This document shows positions 47,441 to 64,000 of a DNA stretch of 64,000 bases, piece after piece. The notes under the pieces were generated by a model. That model was not told where the DNA came from. It saw only the letters and a list, made by a program, of their open reading frames with translations, and did not search any database. This DNA comes from the human T2T-CHM13v2.0 reference genome, Homo sapiens, in NCBI RefSeq assembly GCF_009914755.1, contig NC_060936.1; one strand, given 5' to 3'. Both the position numbers and the translations under genes were made by a program. Position 1 is the stretch's first letter. Each line of letters opens with the position of its first letter.

Positions 47441-47847
47441 TGATACATTACAAAGCTCCATTAATTCTCTCATCATACTGTTACTAGTTTGTAACAGCAG
47501 TTACAAGTATGCGTGCAAACATACTATAAAACAAGCAACACAAATTAGTAGGGGAGGCAAAGATTATTCAACAAAAATATCATGAACAATTAGCTGGCTA
47601 TTTGGAAGAAAATCAAGGTTTAGCTGGATATTACTCCACTACATACCAAAGTAAATTCCAGGAATATCAGAGTAAAGTGTGTATTTATAATGCAATGTTT
47701 TAAAAGAGAAGAAAATATAAATAAATATTTATTGACTCCTTTGAATGCAGAGGACTTTTAAGCCTGGAAATCATTGGAAGAAATCATAAACAAGAAGACC
47801 AAAACATTTAAGTATTTTAAAATTAAAAATGTATTTAAAAAATACCA

Positions 47848-48255
47848 TTCTGTTGGTCTGTTTTGCGTTGCCATAAAGGAATACCTAAGACTGGGTAATT
47901 TATAAAGAAAAGAGGTTTATTTGGCTCACAGTTCTGTAGGCTGTACGAGGATGACACCAGCATCTGCTTCTGGTGAGGCCCCAGGAAGCTTCCATACTGG
48001 AAGGTGAAGGAGGAGCAGGTGTGTCACATGGCAAAAGAGAGAGCAAGAGTGAGAGGAGGAGGTGCCAGCCTCCTTTAAACAACCAGCTCTTGCATGAACT
48101 AACAGCTGAGAACTCACTTATTATCATGAGGAGGGCACCAAGCTATTCATGGGGGATCCTCCTCCATGACCAAAACATCTCCTACCAGGCCCCACCTCCA
48201 ACATAGGGTATCACATTAACATGAGATTTGAAGGGAACAAATCTCCAAATCATAA
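47848..48255 (-). mobile_element. MSTA/B solo LTR nested in old L1
   Basis: ctgttttgcgttgccataaaggaatacctaagactgggtaatttataaagaaaagagg. Confidence 0.88.
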
Positions 48256-49049
48256 AACATATAAATGTTAAATAACAAATTCGAAAAAATCTGTAATATA
48301 TGACTTTATAAATTTATATAAATATATCAAGAATTTTACATACAAAGTACTTTTATCAGTAGATAAGAAAAACACAAAGAATCTTTGGCATAAATGTACA
48401 AAGGATATTAACATACAAAGCATGAATAGAGAGTATTAATATAAAGTATTAATTGTACTAATACAAAGTAATTAATACAAAGTATTAACAAGACTTGATT
48501 TCATTAACAAAAAATGCAAACATGAACACAAATGAGACATTTTTTGTCCATTAAATTTGCAAATATTTCAACGGTTATAATAATCATATTAGTGATTTTA
48601 CAGTGAAATCTGTAATTTTTCATAACATAGGTGGTAGAGTAAGTTGGTATAAAGTTTCTGATGAACTGAAAACACCTAAACATCTAATATTAAGGGTAGT
48701 TATATCAGTTATAATATAATCACACTATCCAATATCATATAGTCCTTAAAATAATTTACATGAAGATTTTTTAAATTACAGGTGAACGATGTTAGGCCAA
48801 AGTTATATTACATAATGGTAAATATGTAAAACATGACCTCATCCATGGAAAGACAAAAATACAGTGCTAAATGAGTTGAAAGAAATATGTAACTATGTTT
48901 AAATAATGGTTATCTCAAGAGGTAACCAATTAGGATTATACATTTTTTTCTTTGGTTCTGTATGTATCTTTCAAATTTTATATTATGAGCAGATAATCAG
49001 GAAAATAAGTTTAAATTTTCTTCAAATGTTTGATATACAGATTGGATTA

Positions 49050-49264
49050 GGAGGGAGAGTGAATTATCAGTTGGGGGCAATATTGCTCCCATTGGCAGTG
49101 TCTGTAGAAACTTTTAGTTTTGCAATTGAGGGGAAGAAATGCTATGCCATCTATTTCTATTGTACAGAAGTCGTGGATGCTGTTAAACATCCTACAATAT
49201 ACAGGACAGCCTCCTGTAACAAAGAATTATCTGGCCCAAAATATAAATAGGTTAAGAAACCCTG
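49050..49264. mobile_element. MER20 (hAT) MITE
   Basis: ggatgctgttaaacatcctacaat..caggacagcc..acaaagaattatctggcccaaaat. Confidence 0.8.
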
Positions 49265-51969
49265 AGTTAGGCAACCTCTTTCTATGTGCTCTCAAAATGC
49301 CCTGCACATATCTCTGTAAAACTTACTATATTGCTAATATTTACTATTAACAAGCCTGTGTCACATACAAGACTTTGAGTAAATTGAGAGCACTTTGCTA
49401 GGTGATAGCACATCGTAGGTGCCCATTGTATGTTTCACTCTTACAACTTATTCACCTGGCCTTTATGGCGATTCTCCCAGGTACTGGACTCTGCTAGGCT
49501 CTAGGTCACAGAGATGAACAAGATTTTTTTAAAAGTCCTAACCTCATAAACCAAAGTTGTTGTCAGGAAGACAAATGTTAATTAAGTAAAAATACAAATA
49601 AACAAGATCATTACAGACTGTGATGAATCCTATAACGGAAATAAAACAGACGAGGAGATACAAGGTAACCAGGGTAGGCTACTTTAGATTGGATGGGCAG
49701 GAAAGGCTTTTCTAAGTAGGGGGAGCTTCAAGCTGACAACTGCTGGAAAAGAGAATGAACCAGCTTTACAAAGAAACTTGAAGAGGAGTATGCTAGGGAG
49801 AAAGAAGAGTAAGTGCAAAGGTCTTGAAAACTTTGATGAATGTATGTTTTACAAATGAATAAATGAATAATATACATTGGTTAGCAATATTTTAATGACT
49901 ATTTACATTGCAATCTACACTACAACTTTCTTGATATTCCCCTTTAAGGTGCTTTTCTCCATTTACCAACTGAGAACACAAAATTCTTTGCGCATTTTCC
50001 TCCTTTAAGAAATTGTGTTATGTATCTGTCATTTGTACACATAAATTCATAACCAGGCAAGCACTCCTTGGCGGTCCTATTAAATTGTGTACATGTGAGT
50101 TATGAATGACTTTGTTTACTAGGTCTAATAATTACACATATCTTCAGGGCTAAGAAATTCTCACGGAGTCTCTGCCAACTTCACAAAATTATCGTCTTAT
50201 ATGAATCCCCCAAGGAGGGAGAAGGGATTATTTTATCATCCCTGCACTTTTTCTCTAGCATATAGTAAGCAATTGCTGCTAGAGCTGCAAATACTAGAGA
50301 AGAAGAAAATTGATAAAAATAACATCCACACTCCATAGATTTTTTTTTTTTTTTGCTCAGATGCTCAGAGAACTATGTTTAAAATGAAATGTAGAGGTGA
50401 CATTGAGAAGTTGGATAAATGAAGGAATTGAAGAGCTTGTGAGTGAGAGACATGCTAGATAATACCTGTGTCTCTACCTTGACTGGTTACATGTAAATGA
50501 ATCAATTGGACATGGAAGTCTGGTCAGCCAAGTGTATTCACTGCAACATTATCAGCTTCCCAAACAGACGAGGGAGAGAGAGAGAGAGAACAGTTTTAGA
50601 GAAAAGCTTGAAGGAAAATTACAGGTAAATGTTAGGATCTCCTCTAGATATCGCTCCATGGCTCTAAATTCAAGACGGAGACAAGTTGATGAGCCATATA
50701 TTTGTATATTATCTATCTAAAAACAAATCTGCTCAATTAGTTGAATCCATCTTTCCCACTTGAGTGCAGGTTGGCTCCTATTCAGATGGAATTTTAGCAG
50801 GGCCCCAAAAAAACCCAGATTTTAAAAAAAATGTTTAAAACCACTGCTAGAACTTTATTTCTTTAGATGAAAGCACTCATCCTTGTTAACATGAAAATTA
50901 CCCTAGTTAATGAGTTTTGGATCCCTTCTTGAAAGCAATTTTTAATAACAAGGAGATAAAATATGTGAAGGCACTGAACAAATGAAATGGTGGGAAAAGG
51001 AGGAAAAGACAACAAATGGCAAGATCTTAATCACCACAAGCAAATTTCCCCTACCTTAACATTTTCTCTCTGGCAAGTTTTGTTCCTAGGTTTTGATTAA
51101 GGTTTCCGACAATTTGACAAACTAGATATACGAGTACAATGATTCAGAGCATATACAGAAAGCTTCCAAGACGGAACACAAATGAGGTGGCTCTAGGATT
51201 GGCCCCAACTTCCAGCCCTGGGAGAGTTTCTAGGTCATAACACCAGGAGGGAAACCAAGGCACGTCCTGGTGGATGCTGTGAGCTGAAGGGATGAAGCTG
51301 TCTGAGAAGACCCAGACCTCTAGGGTTTGCAGACCAGAGCACTAGAGATGAGAGAGTTGCACAAAGACAGAACGCGGGACACCTGCAAAACCCCTTTCAA
51401 GCATTTGGCAGACTACTCATCAGTGCATCAAAGTGAAGAATTATCCAAGGTTAGGGTAAAAACCAAGTAAAAGCATTAGAGAACAGTGTCTGGCACTCAC
51501 AAAGGGCTGGCAGTAGTGCTTGTTTGCACCAGGCAGACTGGAATAAAACATAATTCACAGAGCAATGGGCAATAACTTCAGGAAAGCCTTGCCTCAGTAG
51601 TTGAGAATAATACAATTAAGCACTACTCTGGATGTGTGAAACAAATCATAAAAGAATCAAATTGTTTTCAAGTAAGTTAATTGGATCTCAGAATAAATCT
51701 CTAGAATATTTATAGCAATACAAAAATATACACCTAACAAGCGGTAAAATTCTAATATTTGGCCTCCGATCAACTAAAAAAGTGAATTTTGCAAGATTGC
51801 AGAGTATAATATAACATGCAAAACTAAATTGTATTTCTATATACGTGTTGTGTACAACTAGAAATTGAAATTAAAATACCATTCAAAATAACATAAAAAT
51901 TTGAAATACTTAAGGTAAGTCTGTCAAAAGATGTAAAAGACTTGTATAGTGAAAACTGTAAATGACTAA

Positions 51970-54900
51970 ATCATATGACCTGAGTGGCAAAGAAGCTTGC
52001 ATCTTAGCCTGGACCTGTTACACAGCCCTCTGTTGCTGTGAGTCTCTTCGAAAATGGAAGCCTTCTGAGTGACTAAATAGATGAGTTAAAGCAGTATTCT
52101 GTATTGCAGTACATATTTCCTCTGAAGCCCAAAGAGGTCTACTAAGCATACTGCTTCTTTCCTTGTGGCAGGAAGTGTCAAGTGCAACAATATATTCTTC
52201 ATCTTAGGGGAGGATATCCCAGTATTGCCCACTCCCGTGACTCCAGAAAACAACATGGCAGTCCTCTGAATCTTCATGGGGCTTATCTCCTACCATTTAG
52301 TACTAGGGAGTCATCTAGGGTACTTACCACTTCTTGCTCAAAAGATCCAAATAACATGATGTTATCAATATAGTAGGCCAGTGATGTTCCACGAAATAAC
52401 AAGAAAATCAGTACTATGCAGGCACATTATGACAGAGAGCAAGAAATGTAACACAGCTCTGGGTCAAGACAATAACTTTGTTACAGTATAAAAGCAAACT
52501 CCTTTTGATTCTTTCTACTGATTGAGATTGAGCAAAAACACATTTACCCAATTAATAGTTGGATATTGAATACGAGTGACTATGTTGATCTGTTCCAATA
52601 AAGATACCACATTTGGCATGGCAGCTGCAATTGGGGCTACTACCTGTTCATATTTATGGTATTCCAATATTACCCCTCATTATCCATATGGTTTTTGCAG
52701 GAGCAAGAATTAAACCTTGATGTGATGGAGACCACCATCCCTACATATTTTAAATCTTTTACACTGGTACTAATCTCCACAATTCCTCTCCATTGGTATT
52801 GCTTTTCATTTATTATCTTGGCCAAGAATGGGTAGCAGTTTCAGGGACTTACACTTGCTACTCCTAACATTTTGGACTTGACTTTATAAGGGCAAATGTT
52901 AAAGTTCTGTTTGTGTCAAGAATTTTTATTTCAGCTATATATTCAGGATCAGGAAAATAACCACAAGATGAATCTGTGGAACCACTGGATCCACTTTAAG
53001 ATGGGCTTGGGCCAGGACTCCATTTATCAACTACTTACATAAATTTTACTTTTTCCCTGGCCCTCCAAAAGCCTGTATATTTTCCTTTCTCCAGTTGGCA
53101 GTTATCCTGGAAAAAAAAATGACAGATTCCTTTGGGAAATGAATGGACAAATAGATACCTATGATGACATTACAGGGTACTTCCTCAAGGGTACACAGCC
53201 TGTGTTTCAATCAGTTGGCTCTCAAGACTATAAACTGGCTTAGATCTGAAAAGCAAACGAGATATTGCAATTTTCTATTATAATGGCTGACATCAGCCCA
53301 GTACTCACCAGCTTTCATTTTTAAAAAGTATTGTTGTTGTCACTGTTATACAAATCAGGTAACACCTTACTCCATTGTTCTCTTGTTTTGACTGTAGAAA
53401 CACCATGATCTAATGGCCATCACCCTAAATCCCTATGGATCAAGGCACCTTAATTGCCACTCCATTTTTTTTCTGTTTATAACTAGGATAACCAAAGATT
53501 GATTGTGAAAACCAGGACACTTTTGAGAGTGAAAGCTGGCACTAGTAATAATATGCTGGGAAAATAGGCAAAAACAGTCCTGTGCAAACTATAACATATG
53601 TTGACCTTACTCGTTACGGCAATTAGATCCAGCTTGCCTCTGATGATTCAGTGCTGCCACCTGGCTTCTGCCACTTCATACTCATGAATCCGTTCATACC
53701 CACGATTTCCCAAAATCACAACTCCATGGCAGCATCACACACCATCAGCTCCAGCCTCTACAAGACAGCCAACATGAAACTTCTTGAAGATGTTGATGAC
53801 ACCTTCATGGGTACATTGTTTGTTGCCTTAAGAAAGGGAATATCCTGTGGGACCAGTTGGGTGGCGGGTCCTCAGGTATTATACAGTAAATCCTTTCTAA
53901 CATTTCCATATCCTTGAGCCTTCTGAACTCTTTCCCAATCTTATGCCAAAAAAATTCTGGCATCTTCACTTCATTTACTATAAGCTACTGCTGTATCCAA
54001 ATTTCAAAAGGCCATCCCAGCAGACTATGAAGACTGGTTCCAGGTGTCTTTGCCAAAACACTGAATCCTGAGACATAGATGAGTGTCTCCATCAGTAAAT
54101 TCTCTTCTATCTAGCCTTATATTTCACGGTCCTCCCCAGTTCAGTGTTCTCCAGGTGTGGTCCCTCTCATGTTCCTCTGGTTCATGATTGTGCATATGAT
54201 CCACATAATTAAATTCCCTTGACATGTAAGCTATTTCTTTTTGGAGCAGGGTATTTCCTTATTCAACTTTGGCTAAAATATGACCCTAGTTATGGGGGTC
54301 ATACTCCAGGTGAGCCTGGATTAATGAAGGGTAGAATCAGTATGTTAGTAAAAGGCACCATTTCATGAGACACTTGCTACAGCTGAGATCATTACATAGT
54401 CTCCAAGTACAGGAAGACCTCTCTCCCTGGCAAGTAGAAGGGTCTGCTTTTGCTTGCCAGAGGGTTTAGAAGAACTTAGGCATTAAAGATTCTCAGGCTC
54501 ATCTATCTAAATGCCCTAGTTCCAGATCTCAGAGCCCTATTTTGTTTTATATCGAGGTCCTATCTTTACACAGGAAATCTGTCAAGTTTGCACAGTCATT
54601 TTCCTTTGAAGCACTGCCACCCTTAAAATCAGATCCAGGGCCTGGTTTTCAGCACAATCTGCCATGTGGCGGCAGGAGTAGAGCAATAAGCTGTATTAGC
54701 CAAGGTCTGAGTATTTCCTTTCTATTTAGCAGTCATTATAGTAAGTGAAAGCAAAGTCTCTTTAATTAAAACTTGGAAGAAGATTTATAGTATATTCTTG
54801 TGGCTGAATTGCAGGGTCCTTTCTCAAGGGGCCTACCTTCCTCTTCAATCAAAGGTATTTGAGTTTGTGAACTGGTTTAGATATTCAAGCTAGACAAGGG

Positions 54901-56350
54901 GCTTTGACTCTCCATTGTGGTGACTCAAGTCCACTTTCTGGCCATGAGACCTAGATTTTTTTTAAATCCTGTTATAAGGATCAAGTAACATTTTACTATA
55001 ATGTCTATCTATTTCACTTTCCTAGCTGATGGCCAAACATTCTGATTATGCCTTTATCCCTCACACTCTTTACTATAAATGTGTCCTCATTGTCTTTGGC
55101 AGGTAAGTGCTACCATTTGGCTCTGGTATGCCAGGATCTTAGCTTCTCCATTGAAATCAGGGGACCAATTGCAGTGCCAGCATCTTTCATCAACCCTACT
55201 GGCCTATAGAGGACAATAAGGATTCTGGTGCCCTCTTATTAATGTATTTCTTAATGCCGTAGTGAATGAAGCGTTTTCAAGGTACCTAGGATGATGTAGT
55301 GAGAATGGGCCATGGGGTTAGTGTACAAGTCACTTATGATAAATCAATTCCAACATCCCCATTCTAAACCTTTAAATTTCTTCCTCTGCCTTACACAGGG
55401 AAAGATCCATCTCCATCTCAGTGAATGTGGGCCATGATGGAACCCAAGTTCTCTCAAACAATCAAGTAAACTTGGAACCACTTGCAGATGTGCAAGGTAC
55501 ACATTACATCTGTAATCTCTGGAATGGATGGAATGGATGTCCATTTCAATATATTAGACTCAACCCAGTCATATAACAGAAACAATATATTAAAGGAATT
55601 GGCTAAACAGATATTAAAAGACTAAAAAGGCAAAAGGAATACATTGAAATAACAGAAAGAATAGGACAGAAAGAAGCTACCATTCCAAGGGCTGGGAAGC
55701 AAAGAGAAGAGGTTGAATTTGTTGAAACCTAGACTCTTGGAGAGCCTCCATGTAGCAGGAACTGAGGCCCCTAAGAAGGAGCACTGGAAGCTGGTATCTC
55801 TGAAGGGGTGATGTTGGCAGTTAAAGAACATACATCAGGAAAGAGCTAATTGTTTCTCCTTCAGGCTTTCAGTCTCCCTCTAGTGTTTTCTTTTGGGAAA
55901 ACGTAACAGGGAGCCAGCTGCCAAAACAGGCTTGTAGAGCGTCACATAGCAAAGTGTTGAAAAATGAGGTTTGCACAGAGAAACAAAAGCTGAATAAACA
56001 GCATGGTGCCTCTCAGATGATCGTAGAGGCAATTGGCTCACTATAACCTTATTTGGGTTTTCCAATGCCATTAACGGTCCAGCCTCCTCCATCATCCTAT
56101 GCTTATAATTATCACCATGTCCTCTGAGGCATGAGATGTGCTATAGCCATAGTACGTGGCGGTGCCTCAGTTTCCCCTGCATCTCATCTCAATTAATCCC
56201 CGATGAAATCCTTAGTGATTCTGATACTATTTCAAGCAGGAGTTATCGCCACCCCTACTTAACCGCTAGTAACACGGTCCCTATTGGCATCAGGCTGGAG
56301 AGAAACGCAACTCCAAAATCTTATCCTGAGGCATCTGCTTTCAAAGGTTT
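51970..56350 (-). mobile_element. Degenerate ERVL internal region (gag/pro/RT remnants)
   Basis: ORF 52086..52277 (KIQ..LLHLTLPATRKEAVCLVDLFG) matches the ERVL RT-connection pattern, with YIDNIML (YxDD-like) just upstream on the minus strand. Confidence 0.75.
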
Positions 56351-56359
56351 TCCCTAATT

Positions 56360-56950
56360 CCAGCTGTCTTGGCCTGAGTTCTCCAGAGTACAGAGCCTAA
56401 GGCAAACACATTTATGTCTTGCTACTTTAGCTGAGAGTTCAAGCCCAAGAAAGCAGGAGTGAAGGAATGAGGGGAAAGAGGCGGGAAAATAGGGGGAGCC
56501 AACACAAGGTATATTACTGAGACTGCTACAACCTGCTACCAAGCATAATTCATGGCTTGATCTGGCAGGATTCTAAGAGCCTATGAACTATTGCATTTCA
56601 GGATAGTCTGTGGGATGGAGGGAGAAAGAAAGGGTGAATCATTTTTCTGCCGGCTCCCATCGTTCTAAGATTCACTCTCTTGTTTCTGTAAGATGAACTT
56701 TCCTGCAATTCTGGTTGAAAGTGTGGGCGTCAAGCATGTCCTAGGACTTCTCAAGCCTCAGTAGCAACAGAGGCACCCTAAGGCAGGAAGTGAATGTCAC
56801 ATGTCTTGGGCAACTGTCTGGGTGAAGTGAACCTTAGCCCTTACCCTGCTGGGCTGGTCATCACAGCTGCAGGTGGCAGTGATAGAATGGGGGCAGGGCA
56901 ACAAAAAAGGGCCTGGTGAGGCTGAAAAGATTTAAGTGGTGTCTGTTACA
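56360..56950 (-). mobile_element. LTR16-like ERVL LTR
   Basis: tgtcttggcctgagttctccaga..cagagcctaaggcaa motif adjoining the ERVL internal region. Confidence 0.6.
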
Positions 56951-56959
56951 AGCATCATT

Positions 56960-58930
56960 TATATTGACAAAAAATAAAAAGAAACCAAAGGACTATCAAA
57001 AGGAGAATGATTGAATAAAATACATATAATTATATGCAATTGTAAAAAAAAAAAGTTACAGAGCATTTTAGGTTCTGTTATGGAAAATCTATAAAATATA
57101 TTATTAAGTGAACAAGAGGTACAGATGAGCATTTATGATATGCAATCTTTCACAAGAAAAGTAGGAAAATTAAACTACATTTGAATCCATTAGTATATAC
57201 ATAAAAAATTCTGGAATGATGCATATGAAACCATAAACAGTACTCATCTACGGGTAGGAACTGAACTTATGGGAACTAATATGAGAGGACAAGTTTCCAC
57301 TGTAAAACGTTTTATGCTTTTGGGCTTTTGAGCCATGTGAATATACTAGCTAAGTATCCAATATAATACTATGGGGGAGTGGAGAAGTGTTAGAGAACAC
57401 CCAGAAAAACAAAAAGTAAGAAAATACTACTTATGCCACAGGCAGAAAACTATGAAATAAACAAAAAATGACAATGACAATAAAATTAGTGAAGATTTTT
57501 AAAACCCCAGAACTTGTTCTTCAAAAACTTTAATAAGATAGTCATGTAAGACTTAGTAAACAAAAAAGAAAATGGAAATAAATAAAATGCAGAATGAGAA
57601 AAGGAATAGTAATGCAGGCATAATATTATAAACAAGTATATACTGACTCATTTGAAAACTTAGATGAGTTGAAAAAATTCAAAGAGAAATAAGATGCTAA
57701 AATTAAAATTTGGGAATTTGAAGAAAACACTAAGAATTTTAAAAAAATGGAAATGGTAGCAAAAAACCTCCATTTTGCCCCCCCACCCTCAACCCTCATC
57801 AAATTCTCTTAGGCCTGAATGGCTCTACAGTGAATTCCACCAACACATCAGGGAAGGTTAGCACTTATGTAATACAAATGGTCCCATGGGTGGAACAAAA
57901 GCTGCCTATATCATTTTATAAGTCCAATGAAATCTTGATTCCAAAAACATAAGGACAGTACAAGAAAAGAAAACTACAGATCATTTCTTTTATATATAAA
58001 TGCTACCTTCAAAAATACAAGCAGAATCTGACTACTTCTTACCTCCTCCTTAAATTCCAAGCCATCATTATCTTTTGTCTAAACCTTTTGCAACAGAGCA
58101 CCCTGTTTCTACTCTTGGCCCAGTGCCGTCTCTTCTTTACAGAAGCAAGAGTGGGTTTTTTTTGTTTTTTGTTTTTTTTAAAGTAAGATATCATTCTCTC
58201 ATTCCTTTCACATACCTGCCTAAAGATCTCTGATAAAAGAGGCCTTCATTTTCTTCCATACCCCATCACCCTTTATCCTCTACTATACATTATTTTGTTT
58301 TACTTATTATCATCTTATATATTTTGTTCATGCTTTGTTGTCTGTCTCCTCACTTAAGAACTAAATTTCATGACAGCAGAGATTTTGTTTTGTCACTGCT
58401 GTTTTCTCTGCACTTAAAAAGAGTTGTTGGCACATAGTATTATAGATTAATAGAAACTTAAATATTTGCCAAGGAATGTCATTTATATAAGCACAACAAC
58501 ATGGAAAACAATCTTGTATTTTGTTTAGAAACATATGGATATTCCTAATGTTGTGCCTAGGCATGATAACTACCAAATGCAGGAGAATGGTTACCTCTGG
58601 GGAGAGGAAGCAGATGGAGGAGAATCTGATCAGTACATAGTCATGTTTTGTTTCTTATCTTGAGTGGTAAGTTTATAGGTATTTGTTATAGTATTTTCTT
58701 ACCTTTTTAAACAATGTAAACGGTCAGTATGTTAACGGTCAAATATATAGACTCAAGAGCCTGACTAATTGGGTTTGAATTCTGTCTCTGCCACTCAGAA
58801 GCTGCATGACCTGAGAAATTGTACTTAACCTCTCTGGGTTTCAATGTCTTTCTCTGTAACATGATCATAATAATCTGCATCTTATGAAGAGGAGGATAAT
58901 CAATATATGCAAAGTGGTTGGTGCATAGTC
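56960..58930. mobile_element. Mixed old L1M, L2 and MIR fragments
   Basis: Degenerate consensus-like text. Confidence 0.5.
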
Positions 58931-59469
58931 ATGTGACATAAGACTCTTCCTTATTTCACACTATCGAGATCAAATTCAAAAAAGGATTCTACTCTGAACA
59001 ACAAAATAATAACCCCCCTTAGCATGACCCATTCTGTAATGAGTACGGAATAGAGGAAAGAAACACATCTATGTTTAGATTTTGGTCACAATACTTACTA
59101 GTACTCAACACTATGGAATCGAGATAACAAATGAATAGATCCTACTCTTAAGGAACTTGTCCTAGTAGTGGAGACAGTAAGATACCTAGTTAATTATAAT
59201 GCAATGTGAAAAATTCAGCACTAGAAATAGCGTAGAGAAAGGAGTGTTTAAAATATGACAGAGCCGAGGGACAGTAGTACAAAACCTGTATTGTGCCAGA
59301 CTTACAGTAAACAATAAATCTTAGCTGTTTCTACTCTCTGTTCAGTGGTCTGTGGACATTAAAGGTGAAAAAGAGACAATGGGAAGCAATTAGTGATTGT
59401 GATGTGTTTAAGAATGAGTTTTTAATTAGAAAGAATATTAATGTAAGCTACCATGAGGGGGGATTAATA

Positions 59470-64000
<4,531 letters not shown>

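Overview
AT-rich primate genomic DNA, probably human or great ape given an L1PA2-type insertion and AluS elements. Well over half the window is transposon-derived: two L1PA4/5-like LINEs (9.7-13.4 kb +, 59.5-64 kb -), old L1M/L2/MIR, about 10 Alu/FLAM, THE1/MST/MLT/LTR16 LTRs, an ERVL internal region, Tigger4 and MER20. Almost all listed ORFs come from repeats or are spurious, and I found no intact protein-coding gene. Reading splice signals in the unique DNA shows two decayed multi-exon genes arranged head-to-head about 4 kb apart. (1) A minus-strand gene with 5 phase-compatible exons (33495->19220, about 231 codons, 3 nonsense codons, a FLAM inserted at one splice acceptor). Its reconstructed protein resembles shieldin subunit SHLD3 by eye. 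(2) A plus-strand gene with 5 or more exons (37518->42772+, 3 nonsense codons) whose ATG lies inside an RFX X-box. Its protein resembles the PH-like domain of the meiotic DSB factor REC114 by eye. The exon structures are read directly from the sequence. Both family assignments are unverified comparisons with remembered sequences and need profile or structure searches.
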